Assembly: GCA_964106915.2 (NCBI GenBank)
Contig: OZ066923.1
Length of the DNA: 64,000 bases
Strand: one strand, 5' to 3'
From: Podarcis gaigeae
Lineage: Eukaryota
Numbering within the stretch: the stretch's first letter is position 1; every line of letters starts with the position of its first letter. Below the pieces are notes generated by a model, which was not told the DNA's origin, did no database searches, and was given only the letters and a program-made list of their open reading frames with translations. Of the stretch, positions 49,501-62,641 are shown piece after piece. Position numbers and translations under genes: made by a program.

Positions 49501-50428
49501 AAGAAAATGAATAGACTTCCCCTGTAATTAACTCCTTCACTCAAAAGGCTAAAAAAGAAAAAAACCAAACAAAAACATAAAAGCAGTTGCGGTCATGTGG
49601 TATTAAAGTTGAGCATAAGATAACGGTGTGCTGTTTCACTCTCACCAGTCCCCTCTAATTAGGACCACAATCTCACTTATTGTTCAAAGTCTTAACTGCG
49701 AATGGTATTCGAGAGATGTTTTACATTAACTCACAGCAGCCAAGGTTCAGCTCATATGGACTTCAGGTTGACACAGGGGCCACAGCAGTAGATTTTATTT
49801 TATTTAAATTATCTATTTCCAATGTTTGCTTTGAATACAGAATCCAGCATCCTTGATCATTGGCTATACCAGATGAGGATAATGGAAGTTGTAGTCCAAC
49901 AAATTTTGGTTGCCCAAGATCAAGGAAGGTCGTTCTATGACATACTTATTTGGCAGTGTCCAGGCCAATGAAAGTGAACAGTAGACAACAGAGAGACTCA
50001 GAGAAGTTGCTGTGTTAAATGTAGGAAGGGGAGTGAATGAAAATGGCCAGCAGGGTTGGTGGAGGGTCACAGGTTCCCCATCCGTGTTTGCAGCAAGCAA
50101 AGGGGGCAGGAATCAAAGTTGCCCTAACAATTTGAGGGAGAGCAGCAGTGGCACATACCTAGTCCTTTCTCTGCTGTTGTCTACTCTCCACTTCCTCACT
50201 TCCAAGAGGGAACCCTCCAAGTTGGCACTGCTGTCCCAGTGTAGGCAGTATGGTTGCTCTAGATGAGGCCATAGTTCAGTGATGCAACATTTTCCTTGCA
50301 TGCAGGAGGTCCCTGATTCAGTCCCTAGCATCTCCACGTGGAGTGGGGAATGTCCCTTTTTCTGAAACCCTGGGCAGCTGCTGCCAATCAACGCTGATCA
50401 TACTGAGCTAGATGGACCAATTCATTCA

Positions 50429-50683
50429 TACCTCATGTTACGGACGCTTCAGGTTACGTGTTATCAGGTTGCGGACCGCGGGAAACCCGGAAGTAACCCG
50501 TTCTGGGGGTTAGGGTTAGGGGGCGCAAATCCACGGGTTACTTCTGGGTTTTGTCACTCGCGCATGCGCAGAAGCGCCAAATCACGCCGGCACCTGCACA
50601 GACGCGGCACTTCAGGATGCGAATGCTGCAGGTTGTGGACGTGCCTCTGTCACGGATTACATCCGCAACCCGAGGTTCCACTG
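50429..50683. mobile_element. Tc1/mariner-type MITE inserted in an old SINE
   Basis: Right terminus gaggttccactg|ta; internal palindrome aaacccggaagtaacccg / cgggttacttctgggttt. Confidence 0.7.
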
Positions 50684-51179
50684 TAGTCTAGCTTGATATA
50701 AGGCAGAGCCCTATGGGTTCTTCTTTTAAGAGCAGTGCTCAGACTTGCAGCCATATCATTTGTTTCATTTACTTGAGGCTCTCAGATCAGTGAGAAAGTT
50801 CTCTCTTTTTATGATCAATTATTAATCAAAGCAGTCTAGATTTCACTGAAGACACACAACTTTATGCAGCAAGATACAGCCACCCTGATCCAGGGAAATT
50901 AGGCTTTCACACACATATTGGAGAACTGCATGCAGTGATCAGATACTTACATGAATATGGAAGTTGTGGAAGGAGAATTTCCTCCCTCCTCCCTCTAGCA
51001 GCCACCCCACCCCACCCCACCCTTTACTGCTCAGGAGGTCCCTCTGATGCCTTGGGGCTAGAGGTACGAATTCTAATGCATGCCCAGCTACAAAGATCAG
51101 TGAAAGGTGCATAGGTGACCTCCGTATTTGGGTTGGTATTCCATTTACTCTTTATTACTTACTTGATAATAGATGGCAA

Positions 51180-51346
51180 CAGTGGCGTAGCGTGGGTTGT
51201 CAGCACCTGGGGCAAGGCAAGTAATTTGTGCCCCCTAACCCGTGGATTGCGCCCCCTAACCCGTGGATTTGCGCCCCCTAACCCTAACCCCCAGATGTTG
51301 TGCCCGGTGCGGCTGGCCCCCCCTGCACCCCCACGGTATGCCACTG
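51180..51346. mobile_element. hAT-type MITE
   Basis: TIRs cagtggcgtagcgtggg / cccacggtatgccactg; 8-bp TSD GATGGCAA. Confidence 0.88.
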
Positions 51347-52731
51347 GATGGCAAACAGAAGCACAGTGGCTAATTGCTGCTTAATTTCTACCTCCTCCCA
51401 CCCAGAGGTCCTGTGCCTTTAAGAAGTCTAACAGGCAGAAATAGAACAGGTGAAGCTTTTCCAATCACTGCTTTTTCATGTCAGGAAGCTTAATGGGTTT
51501 CCTGTCTCATAGTGCTAGAATGATGCTGTGGCAGGAGAAGGTGAAATTTCAGTGATCGGCAATTGCCAGTCAGGAAAATGGGTGACCCAACCCCTTTTCA
51601 TTTAGGGAAGATGGGATCTAGCTGTTTGTGGGACTTGATAAACACTAGCAGCTCTATAGCACTAACCGCAGGCAGCGCTTTAGAAAGGCAAGAGATACTG
51701 TATAGTGATGATGCTGGGGAAAAAAGAAAAAAAAGAAGAGAAATTGGGGTCAGGAATGAAAAATACAAAAGATGAAAGTGAAAAGGAAGCGCTGCTGACA
51801 GAAATGACTAAGGCGAGTGAAAGAGGTGTATTATAAAGAACATCTATTTTAAAAATATTAAAAAGGAAACTGATGCAAAGTCATACAGTGTTCCAGAAAC
51901 ACAAGTGAAAGAAAATTTGTAACACTAACAGGAGGCAAAAAATGAAAGAGATGTTTTCAGAGTTAGTATACGTGGCAAATATTTCCTTTCCTTTTTTACT
52001 CCCTTTATTCTTTAGAAAAATACGCATTTAGGTCACAGAGTCTGTAATGCACTTTCTCCTGCGGGGTAAGAGGAGAGGATCATCACTGAGGTCCACCTGG
52101 CCTTTGTCCTTTGTGTTAATTCAAATGAGACAACATAGCTCAATATGAGCACATGTACAAACCTATAAGTGACCTGTTCGCCACCTCCTCAGTCCACCTC
52201 AGGCATGTATCGTGTGGAGAGCCGGCCCTACCATGAGGCAGAATGAGGCCTTGGGCAGGAAATACTATGGGACACAAAGTTGACAAGAGTTAATGCAACC
52301 ATAAATGCAGCCTCATTTGCAGTGGAGACCATTGTCTTGGAAGCACAATAGCAGGGACCATTAAGAAAGTAACTTAAGGAGTTGATTCTGTTATTGTTCT
52401 GGATGGCAGCTGATTCTAATTGGCTGGAGATTGTAGTCAGCTGGGAGTTAGCTGTGAGGAAGACTGTTATTTGATCGTTGGAACTGGAGGGAAAGAGAGT
52501 TCTGAAGCAGTTTTCCTCATTTATGTAGGCTTGACCTCTAGTTTACTTTTCCTCAAGTTTCTATTCAGATTATGAAGTATTATTAGTTTCTTTTTTTTCT
52601 CTGGACTGCCAGCTTTATTCCAGTCACCCTGCTAAGTGGGAGAACCAACTTGTCCTTCACCTCAGACAACAAAAGGCCTTTGCCTGGCCTATAACTGGGA
52701 GGGCTGCTTTGTGAGTGGGGCTGCTGTTTCC

Positions 52732-53450
52732 TGTGAGGGAGAACATGGCTCTGAGCAAACTGAACTGATGGTTGACTAACAAAGCAACTTCCTCCAAGGT
52801 TTGTGGGCTGACTTGCCCTTCAGGTCAATAGTCGCCACGGCAGGCCCTGACTGGACTCGGAGTCCTCAGAGGATGAACCACACCACAGACCACAGGCCAA
52901 GGCTCTGGAGGAGCAGGCAGGACCCCCTGGAACCAGAGCTGAGGATCCCCTTAAGGGAGATCCCTGCTGAAGAAGGCTTGGGGTTGTCTGGGGAAGAGGT
53001 GGGCTCACCCCCAGCCCTCCAGAACAGGAGTGGCAAAAGGACCAGGCTGCAGAACGATGGCCTAGCATGTGCCTACAGCCATTGTGCGGCTCGTGAGTAA
53101 GCAATCCCTGAAACACCTTCGCTACAAGCAGCTGGGTTTGGGGTTTGCTCTAGGAGGCCAGAGGTTTCCCTCTTGAGTCTTCCAGCTGTTGAAAATGCCA
53201 CAATCTTCTGGAACCTTGCTGCTTATTTCCGCTCACCTCTCCTTGCTGTCCTGTACCTTGCCTGAACTCCTCGTTACATGACTTTGCCTCTGGATTATGT
53301 TTTGAACCAAGATGGTATTTCTGTGCTTAACCTTGGTTTGTTTGGCCTGGACTGTACCTGCAGCCCTACCTATCTCTGGGAGCGTTTTGCTAAGAGGCTT
53401 CCTTCCACCTCCTGAGACTGGGACCCTAGCACTTGAAGTCACCCACAAAA
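52732..53450. mobile_element. possible solo LTR-like repeat
   Basis: Abrupt GC-rich block starting TG; no TSD confirmed; boundaries uncertain. Confidence 0.3.
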
Positions 53451-54123
53451 GTTTGATTTTGTGACACAGATTGGTGAGTACAGTAAATAAATAAAGCTAC
53501 AGCTGTATGCGTGTCTATTTTGCCCTATACTTCAGGGATGGGGAACCAGTGGCCTTCCTGATGTTGTTGGATTCCATCTCCCATCAGCTTCAGCCAGCTT
53601 TGCTCATGGGCCAGGAATGATGGGAGTTGGAGTCCAGCAAGGTACGGAGGGCCACAGGCTCCCCATTCCTCCCTATAAATGTTCTGTGAAGATTTAAAGC
53701 TGTATAAATCATCTTAAAAGGATAAGTAGTTATCTCTCTTGACTCCTTCTTGGTCTACACAAATGTCCTATTTGTCCAGTCTAATTAGTGTCAGCTTGTA
53801 CAGGTGTATAGCATCTGGAGCATATCCAATTAAATGAGGGGACTTTTTACAAAAGAAAACAGACCAGGGCGGGAAATTCTGAGAAGAGTGACTGAGAGCA
53901 GAGGCTGAGAAAAGGTTAGCTGAGTTTCCTGTTAAAAGCTCCTAATTGGCATGAACACTGTTTGCTCTGAGGCAAATCCTTGAACAGGAGTGTGGTGGTC
54001 CTGTAACTGGGTTGTATGCTTGGGGAAAAGCATGTGGGGTTTTTTTTGACACCGGATGGGCTCTTAAACAAATTGAGGAACTGTAATCCTTTTACTTCGC
54101 TAGTTTGTAAAAGCAGTTTACCA

Positions 54124-54345
54124 GGTACCTCGGGTTAAGAACTTAATTCGTTCTGGAGGTCAGTTCTTAACCTGAAACTGTTCTTAACTTGAGGTACCAC
54201 TTTAGCTAATGGAGCCTCCTACTGCCGCTGTGTCGCCGCTGCATGATTTCTGTTCTCATCCTGAAGCAAAGTTCTTAACCCAAGGTACTATTTCTGGGTT
54301 AGCGGAGTCTGTAACCTGAAGTGTCTGTAACCCGAGGTACCACTG
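54124..54345. mobile_element. Tc1/mariner MITE (CAGTGGTACC family)
   Basis: Same internal sequence as 57942-58167; right TIR cccgaggtaccactg|ta. Confidence 0.85.
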
Positions 54346-54889
54346 TACTAGCTTTTGTCTCTCTCTACTGAAATACGCTTTTTGTGTCAGCTTTTGCCAT
54401 ATGTTTTCTGCACAGTTTGTCTGTGAAAAGTGGTGGACCAATAACCTCAACCTATGCAGTTTTGAATGGTTAGGGTGGCATGCTTGTGGCACTTGTTATA
54501 TTTGTGTTATATGCTAAGGCATTTCTTCTAATAAATAGAATCTTACTGCTTAATAATAATAAATTACATAATTAAATACTTTGATATACTGATTAGTTAT
54601 TTGCATTTCTAAGTGGTGTGTCCATAAAACCAATCCACAGAAAATGGGGAGATAAAATGATAAAAAATATCATTAAAAACTATTCCTTCAGTGATAGGTT
54701 TGATTTCCTGCACCTAAGCGGCTCATGCTGGCTGCACTAACCTATTTCCCCCCTTGCTGCTTCCCTGGCCTATGAGTACATTCCCACATACAGCACTATC
54801 TCTGCTAAACAAGAGCATTTCATCAAAAGTAGAAGCTCTGATGAATAAGCAGTAGTTAGGGGACCTGTCCAAATACCTAGGACTTGTAC

Positions 54890-55270
54890 TTAGATATGGG
54901 TGAACCTGTCAATTTTGGTTTCATCCAGTTTCTATTTTTTTCCAGTTTTAAGTTCAGTTCTGCACATTTCTGCAACAGTGTACATTGAAAAAAAAGTTCT
55001 CATGAAAATTTACCAGCATTTTAGTGCAGATTTCTCCCAATGTACACATTTTTGTGTGCAGTTTCCCCTAATATTCATTTTTATATTATTTTCACTAATG
55101 TATTTTTATGCATTAATTTTTTTATACATTATTTGTTTGAAGAACTGAATCGCAAAATTTGCAGAAGTGTGAGTTTCAAAGGATACCTGTGTTTTAGTTT
55201 GCAGATTGTTTCGGAAAACATGATTTAGGTAGATTCACATTAGAATTCAAGCAGAACTGAATTTCTCCCC
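54890..55270. repeat. old dispersed repeat (second copy near 59745-60122)
   Basis: The two regions share colinear motifs (tgaaaatt..ccagcatttt, actgaa...gaatttctc). Confidence 0.5.
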
Positions 55271-55369
55271 TACTTGTACTATATCCATCTGCCTGCTTCT
55301 AGTGGCCCACATACTGCAAACCACCTGCAAAAACCTAAGCTGGATGAGTACAGACTGTACTTGGTATAT

Positions 55370-55508
55370 ATGCTCAGTTGGTTAGAGAGCAGTGCTGATA
55401 ATGCCAAGGTTGCAGGTTTGATCCCTGTGTATTCCTGCATTTCAGGGGGTTGGACTAGATGATAATCAGGGTCCCTTCTAACTCTGTAATTGTCCTATGA
55501 TTCTATGA
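55370..55508 (+). mobile_element. SINE with tRNA-Ile-like head and CR1-type tail
   Basis: gctcagttggttagag...gctgataatgccaaggttgcaggtttgatccc head fused to ggttggactagatga...tatgattctatga tail. Confidence 0.7.
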
Positions 55509-56618
55509 AATAGGGAGCTTACATCTTTCATGAATTGTATCCTTTCACATCTTCAAATACTGTACTTCAAACTCTTCCAAAGCAGATTTTCATGGCACAA
55601 AATTGCCTGATTATTTTGCACACTGCTCTCCCCCTTCCCAATCAGGCTATAGTGAAAATATAGAGAAAAGATAATGTCTTTACAATACCAACTTCCTAAA
55701 CATAATAAGTTCCATAAAGGGCTTAGGTATTAATATAAAATTCTAAGCCATTTAAAAGCGGTGGCAACTTAATTCTGTTTAATCTTAATGCTCTTCTGAA
55801 TGTAATGTTTAACCGGTGTGTGTGTGTGTGTGTGGTACGTATGCATATGCAAAGCAAATACTCCAAGATAAAAAAAGAACCTCACCAGGAAGCAGCCAAA
55901 TAGATCCATTTTCTGTTTTATAGTGTTAAAACAGGGCCCTGCAGATACTGTTGTACTCCATGTCCCATCAGACCCAGTCAGCAAGGCTGGGGATGATGGG
56001 AGCTGAAAATGAACCACATCTGGAGGGCTGCTGTTTCTCCATCCCTGCATTGTGTATGCGTCACTGGAGTAATCCACTCTTCTTAGTGAGAATGCATGTT
56101 TTCAAGGTATTCTTTTATAGAGGACTCATGAGCTTGTGGCTCTCTGGGGCTGGTAGGAGTTGCAGTCCAACTGCACCAGGAGGACCACAGGTTCCCCATC
56201 CATGCCAATGCCAGTAGAGGCTGCTCCATTGGAGTAAATGGGGTGCCCCTTCCACCTCAGTCTTGATTCTTTCAAACCCACCTGCCTTCTTGCTTACAAC
56301 CAGTTCAGGGAGTGGCATTGGCTCCCAGCTTCCTCCTACTTAGTCTTAGTATTACTCTTTTCGAACTCAGCAGAAAGGAGGATGACTGCAAAATAAGAAC
56401 TAGTTGCGTCTGCTTGTCATGGGCTCTAGCTCCATCTGCTGTTAGTCTCCATGTCTTATACCTTACTAGTCACCACTGGCTAACTACCCCTCTCTGATGT
56501 GGATACCATGCAAATGTGGCTTGAAATGCAGCCGGGGAAATGTTTTAAGCTGCTAATGTGAACATGCTCTTAGAGTGACGTTTGTAGGAGGAGGCAGATT
56601 AAATGAGTCAAGGTTGTT

Positions 56619-56930
56619 GGTTAAACCACAGAGCCTAGGACTTGATGATCAGAAGGTTGGCGGTTTGAATCCCCGCAATGGAGTGAGCTCCCGTTGCGCG
56701 GTCCCTGCTCCTGCCAACCTAGCAAGTCAAAGTGCAAGTAGATAAATAGGTACCACCCTGGCGGGAAGGTAAACGTCGTTTCTGTGCGCTGCTCTGGTTC
56801 ACCAGAAGTGGCTTAGCCATGCTGGCCACATGACCCGAAAGCTGTACGCCGGCTATAAAGCGAGATGAGCGCCGCAACCCCAGAGTCGGCCACTACTGGA
56901 CCTAATGGTCAGACCTTTACCTTTACCTTT
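56619..56930 (+). mobile_element. Sauria SINE
   Basis: Family body and (ACCTTT)3 tail. Confidence 0.88.
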
Positions 56931-57941
56931 ATGTTTACACTGTTCCTCCTTTGGCATGTCCCTTTAAAGTACCTGGAAAAGTTCTTATTATCTGGCAAGC
57001 TTATCTGATGTAGCTTTTGCTTGTCACCCATGGTTAAGCTTCAGTGGAAGCTAATCAAGATCAGAAAGGTTAAGTGTTCTGCTCTGTTCCTGTGGAATTC
57101 TATCTATGAGATGAGGCAACTCTCTGTGTTTTTTTACAAGACCCAACAGGTCACATATATCGCCACCCCAAGAACCCAGCCAGCCCCAATGAGGACAGAA
57201 TTCCAGTGAGCTTCCTCTCTGAACCAATGCTGAGTTTGACATGTCAAGAAAAGCTTCTTATTATGGATGCTTTAGTTTAGTTGATATTCCTACATTGCAG
57301 GCAGTTGGAATAGATGACCCTCAGGATTCTTTCCAACTCTACAATTCTATGATGAACAGCTGGTCTCAAGGGTCAGCATGGCCTTCAACCCAGCAGGGGC
57401 CATTAACAAGTCCGCTGGACTGGCTGCAGTGAGGCTGTAGACTCCCTGAGGGTGGATGGGTGGGGGTCCATAGGGGATGACTTGGCAAAGGCCCTAAAAA
57501 ACCTGAGTTCAACTTACACTGCCAGCTGAGACTATGGACCTTAAGCTTCCTGAATAAGAAGGATGGGGGATCAGGAGGGAGAAGCCAAGCTATTGTATGC
57601 AGTTGCCTCTTCTCTGCCCCGTTGTGCAAAAAACAAAACAAAACCAACAGCACCAAAAACCCATTCATTCCATTTTGACTGCCTTTAGGGTATGTCTAGC
57701 TGAAAGCTTCCTGTGCTCGTTTTTGGTGCCTTAACACAGGAAGGGCAGAAGGTATATTCTTGGGGTTATTTGCAGAAGATTAGCAAGACATGCTGATTCC
57801 CAACAGGATAGCAGTTGTAGCAACAGCAAAGACTAAATCTCCCCCACTAAATTAAACTGCTGAAATGAAAGCTTAGCTGTGGGGAGGGGAAACCAGGACT
57901 GGATTTTTATGTGTGAAAGGAGTGCGAGCTGGTTCCTAATA

Positions 57942-58167
57942 CAGTGCTACCTCAGGTTAAGAACTTAATTCATTCTGGAGGTCCGTTCTTAACCTGAAAC
58001 TGTTCTTAACTTGAGGTACCACTTTAGCTAATGGGGCCTCCTGCTGCTGCCGCAACTCCGGAGCACGATTTCTGTTCTCATCCTGAAGCAAAGTACTTAA
58101 CCCGATGTACTATTTCTGGGTTAGCAGAGTTTGTAACCTGAAGCGTCTGTAACCCGAAGTACCACTG
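57942..58167. mobile_element. Tc1/mariner MITE (CAGTGGTACC family)
   Basis: TA-flanked TIRs. Confidence 0.85.
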
Positions 58168-59490
58168 TACTAAAACGTATCTTTGTGGTGAGCATAAGAG
58201 GAAATCCCTTAATTTTAAACTTGGGCTCCCTCTTACGAGAAGTCTAGAGATCTGCCTATGCGTGTACTAGGAGGGGGAGGAAATAGATAAGCAAAATCAG
58301 GTTCTCTGCAGGTACTGGATTAATGCCAAAGACATTCCACTCTAGGTAAGTTGTGTTGCCCCACAGGTAAAATGTACATTAATTGCTCTCCCTCTTTAGC
58401 CTCTGGCCCAGCCCTTGTCTTTGGAAGGTTGTCTTAAAGGGAATGTGGCCCTTGAGCTGAAAAAGATGGATTACCATGGCAGGAACAGATGACAGGAAGG
58501 ACCTCTAGCTGTCTAAGACCCTGGAAAGCTGCTGCCATTCATGGTAGACACCAGTGGGCTAGATAGACCAATGCTCTGACCTGGAATAAGACAGTTTCCC
58601 TTGTTAAGTTCTTCCAATCCAGTCACACAGAAATTAATGGGAGATGTGCAAGACTGCCCAATAGACAAAATGGAGCCTCTTCACCTTGGCCTTTGATACC
58701 TGAAATAAAGGATCCATTCTATCATTTACTGTAAAAACAACAGATATTTATATTGAATTTTTATATTGGTGTAAGTTGTCCCTTGGACCTTATGGTAAAG
58801 GGTGGGTAAGAAATCCAATAAAAGATATTAGTAATAATCAATAAAGTTCATTAGACTAGATTGACAGATGGACTGTTCTTAAATTCCAACTACATTTTCA
58901 CTGATGCACTAAATTCTATGTAATTAACGTGAATATTGACAATGTGTTAGGCCCCTTCACATGTCTACATACCTGGAAAAAACAACAATCCCAGCGCCAT
59001 CAGACAAACATTAAAATTCTGTATTTTTTTCAACATGGGGTAACGTCAATGTTGATGGAAGGGATGGTGGAATGGGAAATGATCCTCGCTGTAAATGCAA
59101 CTGTTTTTCCTAGAGGTTCTTTAGTGAGAATGGGAAATGGCTCAAGTCCATGAGGCCCCAGTCCACTCCCAGTTACATAAAACAACAAATAGCCCTTGAG
59201 CATCCTTTACCTGGTGCCTCCCCCATTTAGAGAGAGATGGCTCTGGGAAGTCTGTGTAAACAAATGAGCTTCCAACATTTCCAGCTGGCACATTCCCCAA
59301 TCACTAAACTTGCCCAGTTCTGTAAATTATCTGAAACTATGCCATATGCAACTGAGTTCCACTCTGTGGTTGTTCAAAGCAGGACATTTAGTGTGGTGGC
59401 ACCCCTCTAGGTGGAATATTCGACACGCACCAATGATTTTTAATCTTTGGCAAATGTTGAAAGCTCATTTGTTTACACAGACTTCCCAGA

Positions 59491-59494
<4 letters not shown>

Positions 59495-59540
<46 letters not shown>
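59495..59540. repeat. (CT)n(GT)n microsatellite
   Basis: Visible dinucleotide runs. Confidence 0.92.
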
Positions 59541-60358
59541 TATGGGGCTAAGCAAGTTTTTTATATTGTGCTTTATGTTGCCTTACTAAGATTTATATTG
59601 TGTGCTTTGCAAATTTTGTACATGACTTGGTGTTTCCCTAAATATAAATATTTGGAAATAATTCAAATATAAATATCCATTAGTATTGGCAGGAAGGGGA
59701 AGCACACGTGGGGTTTTCTACCTCGAGACTGGTTCAGTGCACAAGGGATGAGCAATTCTGTCCATTTCCATTTCTAAGTTTTCCAGTATTAAATTCACTT
59801 TTTCATGTTTCCACATCAGTTTGCAAAGTTTGAAAAATTAACTTCCTGTGAAAATTCACCAGCATTTTCATCTGAATTTCTTCTAACATACACCTTTGCA
59901 TGCAATTTTGCCTAATACACAAATTTTTGCAGGGCAATTTCCCTTAATATTTGCTTCATAAGCATTTCTGTACTCATCATTAGGCTGGAGAACTGCACTG
60001 CAAAATTCTGAGATGTGTGAATTTGAAAGCATAACTGGGTTTCGGTTCTTGTATTGTTTGGAAAAGTGTGAATTAGGTAAGTTTGTACTTAAATGCAAAC
60101 TGAAGTGAATTTCTCTTCCATCTTGGAAGAGAATTGGTATGTGTTGGATGTGTGCACTTGGTATATGTGTGTCATTTCCTACTCCACCTCAGACAGCCAA
60201 ATGTATTGGGCTGGCCCTCCATTGAGCTCATCATGTCACCAGGGCTCAGCTGAACACTAAGTGATCCACCCTTACACATAGGTCATAATCTTTCTCACAG
60301 GATGTTCATAAGCCAAATGAGGACCAGGGCTACAGAAGCAGTTCATATGTGCATGTAA

Positions 60359-60805
60359 GGTCCGTATAGTAAAAGCTATGATTTTCCCAGTAGTGATGTA
60401 TGGAAGTGAGAGCTGGACCATAAAGAAGGCTGATAACTGAAGAATTTATGCTTTTGAATTATGGTGCTGGAGGAGACTCTTGAGAGTCCCATGGACTGCA
60501 AGAAGATCAAACCTATCCATTCTTAAGGAAATCAAGCCTGAGTGCTCACTGGAAGGACAGATCCTGAAGCTGAGGCTCCAATACTTTGGCCACCTCATGA
60601 GAAGAGAAGACTCCCTGGAAAAGACCCTGATGTTGGGAAAGATGAAGGGTACAAGGAGAAGGGGACGACAGAGGATGAGATGGTTGGATAGTGTTCTCGA
60701 AGCTACCAGCATGAGTTTGACCAAACTGCGGGAGGCAGTGGAAGACAGGAGTGCCTGGCATGCTCTGGTCCATGGGGTCATGACTAAACGGCTAAACAAC
60801 AACAA
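60359..60805 (+). mobile_element. Bov-B (RTE) LINE, 5'-truncated 3' fragment
   Basis: RVPWTARRSNLSILKEI...LKLQYFGHLMRR-like RT C-terminus; (CAA)n tail; 12-bp TSD ATGTGCATGTAA. Confidence 0.93.
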
Positions 60806-62622
60806 ATGTGCATGTAATAATCTACCTGGTCTACAGACAATATAAGTCAGATACAACCTTTTTGGACCAGTGGGCACACTTTGAATTTTGGGAGGGCGCT
60901 GTGGGCACCAGTTACTAAAAAACAAAAAGCTGCTATGCTGGGGAAGGGCAGCATGTCATAACACACAATTAGAGAACCTTCCCTCAGAACCTCATCCTTA
61001 CCATAGGAAGTCAGCTATATCCTGCTGGTTCTGATTTTGGACATCATACAATATTGGTTTTGTATACATTGATGCTGTTGCTGTTTAATAGCAACAAGGA
61101 GCATTACTCTGTACCAAGAAAAATATTCAAAGTGGTAGCCCCACACTCACTCTCATGTCACAGGAATTGCTTAGAGATTACCTGCACATTATGCCCCATT
61201 TCTTTCCATGAGGCCTAGAAACTTACTTGGTTTAAAATGAAGCTTAGAGTTTGGGCCACCTGCCCAGAGGCACCAGTGAAACCTTTGCAGGCATCACGTT
61301 TGCAACCCCTGAGATACAATATAAGGTTATCATGACAATCACAGCAGAGAAGAACGCAATATACATGCGCACAGATGGTGGATTTTGTTATACTCTTATT
61401 TCGAAAAGCACAATCAAAAATAGTTTTTAAAAGGCTTTAACTCAGAACTTGTCTCCCCTTTAACATGAGTGGCCTAGTTTTGATGGTTACAGTGAGGAAC
61501 TTGGCTATATGTTCCGTAGTTTTAGGGTTGGATTTTTCCATTAAAATTGAAATGTCTGTAACAAATTATGCTTGTAAAACACCCTTCTGTGAGAGAAACC
61601 ACAAAGCATGGTTCGCCTAAAACCCTAGAACAATATCTGTAATTAGTAACAATTAAAACCATAATCATCTATTTCTTTAGAACATTTTTGATGTCTCAAC
61701 ACAAGGCCACGATTGCAAATGGTGGCTGAGCAATGGCTGAGGGCATAATTATGGAAAGCACACTGGCTCTTCCCCCTCTGCCAGTTTTAATTAGGACAGA
61801 TTAAAATATCTAGCCGGTGCAGATCTTAATAAATCATTTATAAGCACACATGTGAGATAATTGCATGAAACTGGTCACAGGCATCTTTCAGGGAAAGATA
61901 GGCATACTAAAGATGGAAAATTGAGCCCAGTAAAATTCTCATTTTAGGTTTACTCCAAATAGTGCCTGCATGGTTAATTTTTTTATGTAACTAAGATTAG
62001 CCTATCCCTGGGTTCATTAGCTCCTCCTTCCCCTCTTTCCCTTCAGCGTAGCCACAAAGAGAGTCTGCATAATGGAATCATAGAACTGTAGAATTGGAAG
62101 GGATTCCAAGGGTCATCTAGACCAACCCCCTGCAATGCAGAAATCCCAGACATATGGCCATCCAACCTCTGCCTGAAAACATCCAATAAAGGAGAGTCTA
62201 CCACCTTCCAAGGTAGTCTGATCTACTGGTATGGTCAGAAAGTTCTTCCCAATTTTTGATGCTTTCACTTCAATTTTTGATGCATTATGCATTGACATTT
62301 TGTCTGCATCTGACAAACTGGGATTAACTACGGCTTAATCTGTCTAGACTAGAGGCATCTATGCATACAAATTAGCATATGCAATTCTTTTTCATGGGCC
62401 TGTTTCCAACTAGTTTAGTTGCCTATCTAGAAACGCACCTGGTTGTAGTCACATTTTCAGGTGTACAAAAATCATAAAGTGATGCAGCACTGGGACAGGA
62501 CTCTACCCATAGAACCTGTCATTCTCTCCCTCTTACTATGAGAAAACTAGGCAGGATATGAGCAACAGGGGACTCAGCTACATTGGCAAAATAAAAGTGC
62601 TTTATATGCGTTTTCTAACACT

Positions 62623-62641
62623 ATGACGCCAGATGGCGCTG
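62623..62641 (+). promoter_or_regulatory. candidate CTCF site
   Basis: ATGACGCCAGATGGCGCTG fits the CTCF core; two CpGs retained in CpG-poor DNA. Confidence 0.5.

Noticed and set aside
51278-51290. CTAACCCTAAC matching the telomerase RNA template
   Set aside because: No pseudoknot, CR4/5 or H/ACA context; lies inside a TSD-flanked MITE
55370-55430. tRNA-Ile-like sequence
   Set aside because: Degenerate acceptor stem and fused to a CR1-type tail, so a SINE head rather than a tRNA gene
58312-58345. Possible 34-nt micro-exon (ctctgcAG...AG|GTAAGT)
   Set aside because: No partner exons or homology; such site pairs arise by chance
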